Part shown: piece after piece, positions 8,428 through 17,064 of the stretch | How positions within the stretch are numbered: position 1 is the stretch's first letter | Layout: every line of letters begins with the position of its first letter | IMG/VR virus record: IMGVR_UViG_3300048576_000053 | Location: 1-30,296 of that record | Reading direction: 5' to 3' (one strand) | Length of the DNA: 30,296 bases | DNA from: a virus | Lineage: Duplodnaviria > Caudoviricetes | Made by a program: the position numbers and the translations under genes | Notes under the pieces: model-generated | The model's input: the letters and a program-made list of their open reading frames with translations, nothing else | Databases searched by the model: none | Told to the model about the DNA's origin: nothing

Positions 8428-9723
8428 TTAAGCCCCTAAGTTTAACGCTTCAATAATGCTTTTATTATTCGCCCACTGTTTTTTTAGTGAAACGATTTGA
8501 TATTTATAACCGCCGTATGTAAAACATTTTTTGAATGAATAATTTATTCCGGTTACTTCGAATGAATCGATACGCGTTGCTTTGACATCTGATTTATGGC
8601 TGTACCAAGAACCCGCGCACATACCGCCGGTTGTTGCTGTTTCATCGGCACTGGCGTCATATACGCCATAAATATCATAGTAAACACTGTTTAAGTAAGC
8701 ATATAGATTTGTCTTGCCCTCCTCTAAAGGGTTGAATTCCCAACATGGTAGCAATAACGTTTTTTCAATTTTTCGGTCGTCGTTTACATTATATATTCCT
8801 GCCTCAAAATCATTTACTATATGCGTTTTATCATGTAATAGGACCCAATTTATTAAATTCGTTTTGTAATTATATTTTGGCTTTGAAACCAATCCAAGCG
8901 TTTGAATATTCGACGTGTCGTAATAAAATAATTTTCTAAAAAATGGTTTTCTGTCGGCTGTGAAACCGGCATAACAGCCATATTCGAACGCTAATTGTCT
9001 CAACAAATCGCCGACGTTATTAAACCCAAGAGTGTTATTAAAATACAGGCTGTCGATTCTTGCGTACAATGAACCAAACGCAATCGAATAAACTTTATCC
9101 GTTAAAAGATTCGGATTTATCCCGTAAAAAGTCCAGTCCTGTTGAACGTCAATGTCATTCGCAGTTAATGAACTATTTACGACTTTGAAAATGTCGAGTA
9201 AAATTCTATCCCGTAAAGGGTAATAAGTTCCGCGTGAATAACCGAAGGGATTTATCGCGTTATAATAAGCGTCGTTTACAGATGATGGATCAAGATCAAT
9301 TATGCGCGAATCGTAAAGCATCTTTTTATTTATTGCTTCGATTTCTGTAATCGCGACAAGTGCTAAAGTCTGTTTCTCATCATCATAAGTAATCGAATCT
9401 TCTTGAAGTGCTCCGGTGAATTCGATTACACCGTTTAATTTTACTTGCAATAGGAATTGGATATTTGCAAAAGATGAACTAAAAAATATATTTTTTAAGA
9501 AAGTACCTGATTCGCCGAACTTGATTGAATATTTTGCGGGGACAAGTAACAAATCATCAAGGGATAAACTTTGTTCTAATTCTCCATAACTAATAATCGC
9601 AATCCCCTGCGCGCTAAATGTCGTTATTATCGGGCTTGTATCGTTCCGATTTGTTGTCAAAATAACTTCGATGTAATCAGATTCGTTCACATAAACATTC
9701 CCAGAGCTTATGACATAACTCAT
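8428..9723 (-). CDS. Putative tail tip / hub protein
   Basis: 431 aa, ATGA-coupled to the tape measure gene; assigned by synteny and beta-rich N-terminus. Confidence 0.55.
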   Translation of the reverse strand: MSYVISSGNVYVNESDYIEVILTTNRNDTSPIITTFSAQGIAIISYGELEQSLSLDDLLLVPAKYSIKFGESGTFLKNIFFSSSFANIQFLLQVKLNGVIEFTGALQEDSITYDDEKQTLALVAITEIEAINKKMLYDSRIIDLDPSSVNDAYYNAINPFGYSRGTYYPLRDRILLDIFKVVNSSLTANDIDVQQDWTFYGINPNLLTDKVYSIAFGSLYARIDSLYFNNTLGFNNVGDLLRQLAFEYGCYAGFTADRKPFFRKLFYYDTSNIQTLGLVSKPKYNYKTNLINWVLLHDKTHIVNDFEAGIYNVNDDRKIEKTLLLPCWEFNPLEEGKTNLYAYLNSVYYDIYGVYDASADETATTGGMCAGSWYSHKSDVKATRIDSFEVTGINYSFKKCFTYGGYKYQIVSLKKQWANNKSIIEALNLGA

Positions 9724-11981
9724 CTTGACCGTCCATATTGTAATGAAGCTTTTTTATTCGCTAACATTATTGAATCGTTCTTTATTTCACCGATAACATT
9801 CAAATCATTATTGCCTTGTGCGCGCGCTCCGTTTAATATTACGTTTGTGTTTAATGTCTCTACTCTGCTAATCAAGCGTGTTAATAATTTTGAATCGTTT
9901 CCGCTTTGCCCTGCTGGTGTAACCGAAACGTGTTCCCCCGATTCAACCATTAAAGGGAATGAATCATTGGGGAAACCGGATGGAACAGTAAACGAACCGC
10001 CTCCCGCCATTCTCATTACTCCGGAGCCAGTGCCAATAAAGCTTCCGCCGTTGTGCGCTCCAATAGCACTTGCAATGCCACCCGTGCCGATATCTAAGAG
10101 CGCCATTATCCCTTTAAATAATAAAGCCTGTGCTGTCATAGCAACTAATTGAATCGCCAGTTGCGAAAACACTTTATCTAATCTTTCGCCCGACATTATC
10201 CCACTTGTTAAACCACTTGAAATAGTTTGTGCGAAATTTTCTGCGCTCAATGTTGCTTCTTTCGTTTCTTCGGTTTCTTTCTTAAATAATTGCGTGTTCG
10301 ATAATTCCGTTGGTGCGTCATACGCGCCAATAGGTGTATATCCAGTGCCGTAATCTCCGTTTAATCCTTTATCGTAACCTTTCGCTTTCCCCTTTATCCC
10401 GCCCGCTAAAACTGCATATTGTTGACTGGCATATTTGTTGCTTTTGCTATTCGGATTGTTAGCGTCTGTCTCTCCAAAATATTTAGCGTAAGCCTCCGCT
10501 TTCTTTTTTATTCTATCCATTTGACGGCTGAAATAATACTCGTCTTTAACGTCGTAATTATCAAGTGCCGTTTGTTTCTCTGTTTCAGCTTTTTCGCGTT
10601 CCTGTTTTGCCTTTTCCGCGCGAGCTTTTTGTTCTTCCTCACTTAAATGCGAACCGCTCGAGCCACTTAAAGTTGAATTAACATCGCCTTGTATCTTTTT
10701 ATTTGCGAACGCTCTTTTATTCTCCGCGCTCAGTTGGCTATTAAATTCATTTTCAGCTTTTGAATTATGTTGCATTGGTTCACTTAAATTCTTGACGCGG
10801 GCTTTCTCATTATCTTCCTCCGCTTGTGTTAGCAATGCGATTGCACCGACGACGCCGAGTATAACGCTTGAAACCGTCGCTATAGAGGCAAGTCCCGCCT
10901 TAAAAGAAGCAAAGAATCCCGTTACTGCGGGCGTTGCTGTGGCTGTGGCAACTCCGACGCTTTCGACGGCTGCGGCGACTGTTGTTAGTTCGGATAATTT
11001 CCTTAATTGAAGCAGCTGCAAAATTGTTGGCATTAGGCCTTCAATTGTATTGCCGATATATTGCAAGCCACCAACAAAAGTTCTGAATGAAGTATCGTTT
11101 TTCATTTCATTTAAGACAGGACGCAAAGCGTTATTTAGCAATCTTCCGAATTCTATTTCAGTATTTTTAACTGCGACATCTAAACTCTCTAATGAATCGG
11201 CGTTATCCATTTGTTTCTTTCGAACGTCATCCATTGTGATACCGGTTATTTTTAGAATCGCTTCGAGCCTAATCTCTTTTTGTGTTTCGGCATCTAACTT
11301 GTCGATTGTAGCACCGTATTGAGAGGCTAAACTTGAAACAACTTGCTTATATTCTTTTGTCTCAATTCCTAAACCCTTAACAGCTTTCGTGCTGCCTTCG
11401 GAGGCGGCAACAATTTTCTGAAAGTTATCAATAGTTGTCCCTCCGAAATCGTCGGCCGCATTTTCAGCGATTGAAAAAAACAATGGTTGTTTCTTTAATG
11501 ATATTCCTAATTCGTCGGCTTGATTTGACAATTTTAATAAATCGCTGTCGCTCGTTGCGCGGGCCGTTGCAATCCGCATATCTTCTAATTCTTCTTTGGT
11601 TGCCTTTGATGCTGCGCGGAGGTTATCAAAATCAGCACTGGCTTTCATAGCCGTAAAGCTAAAAGATAATGCTTTTAAACCCGACCAAGTTGTAATTAAA
11701 CCATTAAGCCCGCTCTTAACGGATTCGATTGAACGGTTTATTCCTGTTTCATCGAGCTTTACCCCCTTTAATGATTTGTTGAGGTCATCTTTTATTTGTT
11801 GCGCGCCTTTTTTTGCATCGTCGCCCGATAAAGTAGGTTTTATTTTTGCGGAACTATCTTCAATATTCTTAACAGCTTTTTTAACTTCACTTTCTATTTT
11901 TGATTTGTCCGAACTTATTTTATCGGTTTTTAAGCCGACATCGATATAAGCGGAACCAATTTTAACACCGTCTTTAGCCAT
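9720..11981 (-). CDS. Tail tape measure protein
   Basis: Ala/Lys/Gly-rich helical 753 aa; IGSAYIDV N-terminus, hydrophobic central segments, AGGG..DS..ESGEHV C-terminal motif; follows the chaperones. Confidence 0.9.
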   Translation of the reverse strand: MAKDGVKIGSAYIDVGLKTDKISSDKSKIESEVKKAVKNIEDSSAKIKPTLSGDDAKKGAQQIKDDLNKSLKGVKLDETGINRSIESVKSGLNGLITTWSGLKALSFSFTAMKASADFDNLRAASKATKEELEDMRIATARATSDSDLLKLSNQADELGISLKKQPLFFSIAENAADDFGGTTIDNFQKIVAASEGSTKAVKGLGIETKEYKQVVSSLASQYGATIDKLDAETQKEIRLEAILKITGITMDDVRKKQMDNADSLESLDVAVKNTEIEFGRLLNNALRPVLNEMKNDTSFRTFVGGLQYIGNTIEGLMPTILQLLQLRKLSELTTVAAAVESVGVATATATPAVTGFFASFKAGLASIATVSSVILGVVGAIALLTQAEEDNEKARVKNLSEPMQHNSKAENEFNSQLSAENKRAFANKKIQGDVNSTLSGSSGSHLSEEEQKARAEKAKQEREKAETEKQTALDNYDVKDEYYFSRQMDRIKKKAEAYAKYFGETDANNPNSKSNKYASQQYAVLAGGIKGKAKGYDKGLNGDYGTGYTPIGAYDAPTELSNTQLFKKETEETKEATLSAENFAQTISSGLTSGIMSGERLDKVFSQLAIQLVAMTAQALLFKGIMALLDIGTGGIASAIGAHNGGSFIGTGSGVMRMAGGGSFTVPSGFPNDSFPLMVESGEHVSVTPAGQSGNDSKLLTRLISRVETLNTNVILNGARAQGNNDLNVIGEIKNDSIMLANKKASLQYGRSR

Positions 11982-11987
11982 TATTTT

Positions 11988-12185
11988 TTATTCCTTTATT
12001 CCATGAAGTTCTAAAAGTTCTTCTTTCGCTTCCTCGTATATTTCGGATTCGCTTTGCATTTCAAATTCACCACTTAATTCAAACGCTGTGTATTTCAAAC
12101 AATACTGATAAGCATTTCGAAACTGTGTAATCGGTAAACTTTTAATGTATTCAATCGAATATCCTGTGCTTATCGCGACAACCAT
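11988..12185 (-). CDS. Tail assembly chaperone, T portion (probably expressed by -1 frameshift)
   Basis: Frame is open from the A9 run at 12227-12235 through MVVAIS; no clear RBS of its own. Confidence 0.7.
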   Translation of the reverse strand: MVVAISTGYSIEYIKSLPITQFRNAYQYCLKYTAFELSGEFEMQSESEIYEEAKEELLELHGIKE

Positions 12186-12202
12186 TATTAGCGCGGAGTA
12201 GC

Positions 12203-12553
12203 TTAAAGACTTTCCTCCGGTTCCACTTTTTTTTTATTACCTTCTAAGTCTTCGACTATTAACGAAACAAACGATTCAATTTGTTGCTGTGTCAATCTCT
12301 TAAACAGATAATTTGTTTTGAACATTTTTTTTAGTTTCCATTTCTTTAGAATCTGATAATATTTTAGCCTCGCAATGTTAGGCTGTAAAGCATCGTGGAT
12401 TATTAGTAAACCTAAATAAGCATTTGATATCGTTGTTTTTTCTTGCTTCTTAGCATATTCAGAAAAAGCGTAAACCTGTTCAAGTGTTCGTTCAAACAGA
12501 AATACGCGTTCACCGAAAAAAACAATTTCCTTTGTCTGTCTCTCAGAGGTCAT
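12203..12553 (-). CDS. Tail assembly chaperone G
   Basis: Between tail tube and tape measure genes; ends EGNKKKVEPEESL over a slippery run. Confidence 0.75.
   Translation of the reverse strand: MTSERQTKEIVFFGERVFLFERTLEQVYAFSEYAKKQEKTTISNAYLGLLIIHDALQPNIARLKYYQILKKWKLKKMFKTNYLFKRLTQQQIESFVSLIVEDLEGNKKKVEPEESL
12226..12235 (-). other. Programmed -1 ribosomal frameshift site (AAA AAA AAA G)
   Basis: -1 frame reads AGT GGA ACC GGA GGA AAG TCT TTA AGC TAC TCC GCG CTA ATA ATG GTT, in frame with 11988..12185. Confidence 0.78.
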
Positions 12554-12555
12554 AA

Positions 12556-13302
12556 TTAAGCCTTTAGTGTTTCGGCGATTGCTCCCGAAATCTTGAATGT
12601 ATATGAAAATGTAATTTCGCCTTTAATGCTTCCAGATATTTTTTTTGACATTAAAACGGCTGTTCCTGTGATTGCTTTGTCGGTTGTTGTACCGTCGTCA
12701 TAGCACAGAATAACAGCGCCCGATGTTGCACAGGCTAACCCGACGCTTGTTTCTGTGACAGCGCCTTGAAACGAACCGGTTACCGATACTTTGTTCCCCG
12801 ATTTCATTTCTGTTTTTACTTTTAATGTTTCAGGTCTGAATGTCCCCGCTACTGAAACACCTGTCGCGATTGCCAACGTTCCCGATGCATTTACATTCCG
12901 AGCGATTTCCGCAACTGAACTCAGCTGAAAATAATCGAACGATAATTTCCTTTCAGCGCGTCCGACATCGAATTCCGTCCCGTCACCCGAGGTCCCGCCG
13001 TCTGTTAAATCAACTTCATCGAAAGAAACGTCATAGTTGAAATCTGTTAATTTATAAAGAATTGAATTGTGTGTGTAAGTGATCGCTTTACCGGTTAATT
13101 TATCCCCGCCCGCGTTTTTCAATATACCTTGGATAGTAATTGAGCGCGTCGCGCGTGATGTAACCGTTTCCGTTCCGTCGCCAGTAGTAGCATTATCGGT
13201 TACGTCGATAACATCGAAGGATTCGTCAAAGTCTGTTCCCTTCAAAGGGACATCCGCACCGTTAAAGGAAAACTTTGTTAATTTACCTAAGGTTTTTCCC
13301 AT
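12556..13302 (-). CDS. Major tail tube protein with internal duplication
   Basis: Two copies of SFDxxDxTDxxTxGDGTE and two C-terminal GAxxET strands; lies after the tail terminator. Confidence 0.82.
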   Translation of the reverse strand: MGKTLGKLTKFSFNGADVPLKGTDFDESFDVIDVTDNATTGDGTETVTSRATRSITIQGILKNAGGDKLTGKAITYTHNSILYKLTDFNYDVSFDEVDLTDGGTSGDGTEFDVGRAERKLSFDYFQLSSVAEIARNVNASGTLAIATGVSVAGTFRPETLKVKTEMKSGNKVSVTGSFQGAVTETSVGLACATSGAVILCYDDGTTTDKAITGTAVLMSKKISGSIKGEITFSYTFKISGAIAETLKA

Positions 13303-13308
13303 TATTTT

Positions 13309-13731
13309 TTATACTCCTATTTGTATTTGTATTTGTATGCAATAATCAATGGCAAGCATCCAATTATCTAAATCACTTTTGATAATCATATCCTTACCTG
13401 CAATTCTATCAACTGAAATTATTTCGAAACTTTCAGCTGTTAATTCTTTTTCACATTCATCAAAATTTTTGTCTAAGCAATCGGCAATATGTGAAATCCT
13501 CAAAGTGCTTTTTGAATCGTCATATAAAACGAATGAAACAATCGGGCTTTCATATTTTGCACCGGAATCCCTATCAAGTGAGTTACCGACAAACTTGAAA
13601 ACGATATAAGGATAAACAAGCGTATCGGAGGGATTGCTAACAAAATAAAGCCGATCTTCAATGAACGCTTTCAAATCGGTATCGGCATTTAACCGATTAA
13701 AAATTATTTCTTTTAATTCGTTACTATCCAT
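13309..13731 (-). CDS. Tail terminator / tail completion protein (DUF3168-like)
   Basis: IFNRLNADTDLKAFIEDRLY..YPYIVF pattern; acidic; synteny. Confidence 0.8.
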   Translation of the reverse strand: MDSNELKEIIFNRLNADTDLKAFIEDRLYFVSNPSDTLVYPYIVFKFVGNSLDRDSGAKYESPIVSFVLYDDSKSTLRISHIADCLDKNFDECEKELTAESFEIISVDRIAGKDMIIKSDLDNWMLAIDYCIQIQIQIGV

Positions 13732-14200
13732 TAAGCAGACTCATTATATTATCTTGATTGTTATAAACTGCCGGACGTAAATAAGGGCGTTCCGGGATAT
13801 CAACAGACTTAAGCAATATGAACATCGGAGTAACTTTCTTCTTACTGGTCTTACAGAGTAAAGCCTTTCCATTTTTTTTAATGAGAACTAAATCAGGAAA
13901 ATCTTTCGGCTCTTTCCCTTCAGCTGCTTTGTTAATAGGGACTGCTAAAGATTTCGCTTTACTGGGTTTTATTTCACCGCCTAATTCCTGAATTGCGGCA
14001 TAAATCGTATTAGCAGAAATGCGGACACTATTACCTATTACTTTATGAGTGATATTGCCTAATAACTGGCCATGCCTTGAACGCTTGCTAATATTATTCT
14101 TAGCCTCTCCCTCTATATACGCTCCGATAACTTCCAATTTATCTCGCATAATGGAGTCTGCATGTTTAATAAGCTTTCCAGTGTCAATATTTACGTTCAT
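13724..14200 (-). CDS. HK97 gp10-like / virion morphogenesis neck protein
   Basis: GQLLGNITH, YAAIQELGG and IPERPYLRPA motifs. Confidence 0.82.
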   Translation of the reverse strand: MNVNIDTGKLIKHADSIMRDKLEVIGAYIEGEAKNNISKRSRHGQLLGNITHKVIGNSVRISANTIYAAIQELGGEIKPSKAKSLAVPINKAAEGKEPKDFPDLVLIKKNGKALLCKTSKKKVTPMFILLKSVDIPERPYLRPAVYNNQDNIMSLLNG

Positions 14201-14508
14201 ATTTTTTCAACGCTTATTTCTAAATGGCTCTGTCGGACCGGGACGATATTGTTTATTTTGTATATGTAACCCGTTTTTAATTCTTTTATCCTGTCATTAT
14301 CAGATATGGTAATTGGTTCGCAAAATAATGTTGTAATATTCCGGCGGCCGGAACCGTCGAATTGAATCATTCTTTCATTGCTTATAACCTGAAGATCGCC
14401 TTTGAATGAAATATCTTCATTGAACGTTTCCAAGGAGCCGCCTACTCCGTCCGGGGTGCTTACACACTTAAGCAGTTTGAAATCACTATTTAATAAATCG
14501 CTTATCAT
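14197..14508 (-). CDS. Head closure protein (SPP1 gp16-like)
   Basis: PDGVGG, DRIK..YKINNI..HLEI pattern; synteny. Confidence 0.8.
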   Translation of the reverse strand: MISDLLNSDFKLLKCVSTPDGVGGSLETFNEDISFKGDLQVISNERMIQFDGSGRRNITTLFCEPITISDNDRIKELKTGYIYKINNIVPVRQSHLEISVEKI

Positions 14509-14834
14509 ATAGCTGTTATTACCGGCTTAATTGTAAACAGGTCTAAAACATCTGTTATGTTTTTAGGATAACCATAATTAGCTTTAGCTGTATAGCTAAC
14601 AGAGTAATTCCCTAACGATTCAGATGCCACGCCTTTTTTATTGGCAGGTTCCGCTTCAAATTTGATAATATTTGCAAGTGCTAACCTTAATGAAGCAGGT
14701 AAATTATCGTCTGTATATTCAGTATTACAGTAAGTGTTGATAATCTCGATGCCGACTGGTATCATTGCCGTTATGAATGCATCTTCGCTATCTGGCATTT
14801 TTGCCAATATCTTAATTTCATCAGGACTAATCAT
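14505..14834 (-). CDS. Head-tail connector/adaptor (SPP1 gp15 / HK97 gp6-like)
   Basis: INTYCN, GVASESLGNYSVSY motif. Confidence 0.85.
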   Translation of the reverse strand: MISPDEIKILAKMPDSEDAFITAMIPVGIEIINTYCNTEYTDDNLPASLRLALANIIKFEAEPANKKGVASESLGNYSVSYTAKANYGYPKNITDVLDLFTIKPVITAI

Positions 14835-15001
14835 TTTGCTTTACCTTTTTTGTTTTTCTTCTTAAAGATCGTCTTGATAGATTCGGGAGCTGCTTCTTTT
14901 GCTTCTTCAGATGTGGTTTCCTTTTGTTTACCCTGGCAATTATTAAGATGAATCGGTAATACTGTATCTGAATACTCACATCCGCATTTTTCACATTTCA
15001 T
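14831..15001 (-). CDS. 56-aa C2HC zinc-finger-like protein (not in the ORF track)
   Basis: Hand translation MKCEKCGCEYSDTVLPIHLNNCQGKQKETTSEEAKEAAPESIKTIFKKKNKKGKAK; GGAGAG RBS; ATGA overlap with the next gene. Confidence 0.75.
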   Translation of the reverse strand: MKCEKCGCEYSDTVLPIHLNNCQGKQKETTSEEAKEAAPESIKTIFKKKNKKGKAK

Positions 15002-15021
15002 AAATCACTCTCCATTTTATT

Positions 15022-15047
15022 AAAGGGAGCTTTTTAGGCTCCCCTTT
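15022..15047 (-). terminator. Hairpin downstream of the capsid gene
   Basis: Minus strand AAAGGGGAGC-CTAAAAA-GCTCCCTTT. Confidence 0.7.
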
Positions 15048-15082
15048 ATTACACTAACTAATCAACAAGGAGAAATCTTTTG

Positions 15083-16333
15083 TTATCCTAAAATTCTTGT
15101 TGCTAATTCAGGAAATACAGCCTTAACGCCGTAAAGGGTATCAATCGAAAGAATTTCTTTCTTTGTAGTAATATCATATCCGGCAGTTACTCTTAATGCT
15201 ATCCCGTTGTAATTAACGGTATAGGACTGTGCGGCGCCAAGAGGCGCTTCAAGAGGTCTTGAAACGAATGCAAAAGCATTTTTAATAAATGCTAAGTTCG
15301 CAACGTGCGCACCGGCTGTTTTATCAGGGAATGTAACAACGTCGTCAACAGCATGAGCTGCTAAGACTTTTGTACTTGTGGTAATTGAAACATCGCCACT
15401 TACTGCTGCGGTATCGGAGGCAGCTGCATAGTAATATTTCTTGCCGCCTGAAGTAATATAGAAAATATCACCGGCTTTAATTGTTTCAGTACCGGCACCG
15501 CCTTTCAATATAATTGTATTTGAATCTTTAACGGCAAGTGTCTTTACTTTAGGAGTAGTTACAGCAGTGAAAGTACCGGCTGTATGAGTCTTTACATTCT
15601 GGCTCATATAGTTTTCAAGTCCGAATACTCTACCGATCGAACCCTCTCTAAGTGCCTGTGTTGAACCTGATTTTTCAGCATTTACCAAAGAGGTTAGCAC
15701 CTGAAATTTTGCCTGTGCATTGGGATCGAATACCGCAACGCGTCCGGTATTGGGAACTTGATTGTTGTTTAACATTTTAGCGGCATCTGCAAAATCGTCC
15801 AAAGCATCGGGAGTTGTTCCGGATGCACCAACAAAGTAAGGAACTGCCTTATAGCATTCACTCATAATGTCTGAATCTATCTTTTGCGAAATAGCCATCA
15901 TTGCCGGGTCAAGTATCTGCTGATTGAAGTCGTCAATGTTTAATGCACGTTCTTTGGAAGTCCATTCAACAGAGACATCTGCAATATGGCTTAATGATAC
16001 CGATACTTCGCCTTCAGTTATGCCTTGCAAGTTAATCGAGCTACTAAATTCATCCGCAACAAATACAGAGGGCTTCTTTACTCTGATTGTATCGCCCTGT
16101 TTCTGGAATGTATTTGAGAAATCCCCATAGACAAGTGCTTTCATTACAAGGAGATTCTGTAAGCGGAGCAAAGCCTCTCTTGCAATGACTGAAGTTGTTA
16201 AAAATACGTTAGCGACGATAACGCCGCCTTTAATTGTGGCCGGGTGGAACAACAGCGCCGCTGTTAATAAAAGCATGAATCCGGCAATCGATGCTAATAT
16301 CTGGTGTTCTTTGAAAAATGTTTTTATTTTCAT
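15083..16333 (-). CDS. Major capsid protein, P22 coat-like, with a 40-aa hydrophobic leader
   Basis: ANVFLTTSVIAREAL, QGDTIRVKKP, ALREGSIGRVFGLENYMSQN, an inserted beta domain and SIDTLYGVKAVFPELATRI. AAAGGA RBS before ATG 16333. Confidence 0.9.
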   Translation of the reverse strand: MKIKTFFKEHQILASIAGFMLLLTAALLFHPATIKGGVIVANVFLTTSVIAREALLRLQNLLVMKALVYGDFSNTFQKQGDTIRVKKPSVFVADEFSSSINLQGITEGEVSVSLSHIADVSVEWTSKERALNIDDFNQQILDPAMMAISQKIDSDIMSECYKAVPYFVGASGTTPDALDDFADAAKMLNNNQVPNTGRVAVFDPNAQAKFQVLTSLVNAEKSGSTQALREGSIGRVFGLENYMSQNVKTHTAGTFTAVTTPKVKTLAVKDSNTIILKGGAGTETIKAGDIFYITSGGKKYYYAAASDTAAVSGDVSITTSTKVLAAHAVDDVVTFPDKTAGAHVANLAFIKNAFAFVSRPLEAPLGAAQSYTVNYNGIALRVTAGYDITTKKEILSIDTLYGVKAVFPELATRILG

Positions 16334-16358
16334 TTCTATATCCTTTTTTTATGAATAA

Positions 16359-16946
16359 TTATTTTTTGGTACGCGCGGCGAAATATTCAGCATCCGACAT
16401 TTGTGAATAATCCTCGGCAGGGTTTGAATTGCCTGTATTAGGTTCGCGTCCACCTGCCTTAAACTTTTCGTCAACAAGCACTTTAAGAGTATTATTAAAC
16501 TCTGTCTCCAAAAGTGCTATGTTGTTTGAAGTGCTTTCTTCATCTTCGCCGACAAATCTTTCAACTAATTTTAGCGGTAGCTTCTTTTCGGTAGCGATGG
16601 ATATTGCTTTATTGAGCAAGTCCTTTTTCTTATTGGCAGTTTCGAGAGCTGCGATCTTTTCGTCCTGTAAACGGAGTCTTTTCTGCTCTTCAGTTTCGGC
16701 AGGGAATTTAATCTTGATAGCGTCCTCAATTAACCCCGGCATTGTTTTTTCCTTAAAGGTAGTAATGCCTTTTGTAACTGCCGCATCATTCAAACTTTGT
16801 AAATACTTTTTGCCAGTTTCATCTTTTTCCAAATAGTCCTTAACACTCTCAGGTGTGAGCGTCTTAAGTGCTTTTAAGAAAGTGATTTCGTCAGCTGTTA
16901 AAGCTTCATTCTTTTCAAGCTTCGCTAAAATCTTTTGTGAATCCAT
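16359..16946 (-). CDS. Capsid scaffolding protein (DUF4355-like)
   Basis: Charged helical protein; FPAETEEQKR, EKKLP..GEDEEST, MSDAEYFAAR C-terminus; directly upstream of the coat gene. Confidence 0.85.
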   Translation of the reverse strand: MDSQKILAKLEKNEALTADEITFLKALKTLTPESVKDYLEKDETGKKYLQSLNDAAVTKGITTFKEKTMPGLIEDAIKIKFPAETEEQKRLRLQDEKIAALETANKKKDLLNKAISIATEKKLPLKLVERFVGEDEESTSNNIALLETEFNNTLKVLVDEKFKAGGREPNTGNSNPAEDYSQMSDAEYFAARTKK

Positions 16947-17016
16947 TTTGTATCTCCTTTTTTGCCTTTAAGTACGAGCCTTAAAGTCGGTTGTAATTAT
17001 TTTTAATTTGTTGAGT

Positions 17017-17054
17017 GAAACATAAATTTTTGAGGAAAGTGAATAAACCTAATT
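17017..17054 (-). promoter_or_regulatory. Late promoter B (AATTAGGT-N22-TATGTTTC)
   Basis: Same box and spacing as 19379-19416 and 21553-21590; upstream of scaffold/coat. Confidence 0.7.
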
Positions 17055-17064
17055 GTTTATGAGG

